Part shown: positions 63,943 to 64,000 of the stretch, piece by piece
Numbering within the stretch: the first letter of the stretch is position 1
Layout: each line of letters opens with the position of its first letter
From: a virus
Strand: one strand, 5' to 3'
Virus record (IMG/VR): IMGVR_UViG_3300029121_000001
Length of the DNA: 64,000 nt
Notes under the pieces: generated by a model
Told to the model about the DNA's origin: nothing
Databases searched by the model: none
What the model saw: only the letters and a program-made list of their open reading frames with translations
Position numbers and translations under genes: made by a program

Positions 63943-64000
63943 ATCTCCTACAATTGAATTATATTTAAGAGGACCATTCTCAGATCTTCTAGATGTATTA

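Overview
An AT-rich (about 30% G+C by eye), densely packed segment of a large, probably jumbo-type virulent bacteriophage. About 70 genes lie on the minus strand and three on the plus strand. I saw no tRNA, rRNA, CRISPR array, integrase or transposase. Motifs I could read directly identify these products: NAD+-dependent DNA ligase (open at the window edge and missing from the ORF track); beta-like and beta'-like fragments of a phage multisubunit RNA polymerase; a RecA/UvsX-like ATPase; anaerobic ribonucleotide reductase NrdD/NrdG; a DnaG/TOPRIM primase; a GroEL-like chaperonin; a holin, holin-like protein and CHAP+SH3b endolysin cassette; DHFR and a ThyA-family enzyme; a MYG1/DHH-family protein; a split family-B DNA polymerase; a capsid-like gene with an acidic scaffold-like neighbour; and a tail-fibre-like gene. 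Anaerobic RNR, a radical-SAM enzyme, strong AGGAGG-type Shine-Dalgarno (SD) sites and the CHAP/SH3b lysin suggest an anaerobic Gram-positive host; this is inference. The main finds are: (1) a translationally coupled operon at 45.9-49.6 kb encoding a tail-fibre-like protein, a protein ending in a 16-Cys CXXX repeat, two small helical proteins and a radical-SAM/SPASM maturase, which may be RiPP-style modification of a virion-associated protein; (2) three ORF-less group I introns of one family, one splitting the NrdD glycyl-radical motif and two only 10 nt apart in polymerase motif B (KxxxNSxYG), which implies a 10-nt micro-exon; (3) a family of four Zn-ribbon homing-endonuclease-like genes; (4) a DUF2829/Tad2-like candidate anti-Thoeris gene; (5) an array of paralogous genes of unknown function at 34.9-39.6 kb; (6) a repeat-bounded cassette and iteron-like region upstream of the fibre operon; (7) a roughly 590-nt ORF-free, apparently structured region after the primase gene; (8) a recurrent promoter-like motif AGATATTATAATnATG and stereotyped terminators with a UUUAUUUUU tail. 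Many ORF-track starts lie upstream of the real SD+ATG, so I give trimmed starts. All functional calls come from motif recognition by eye, with no searches run.
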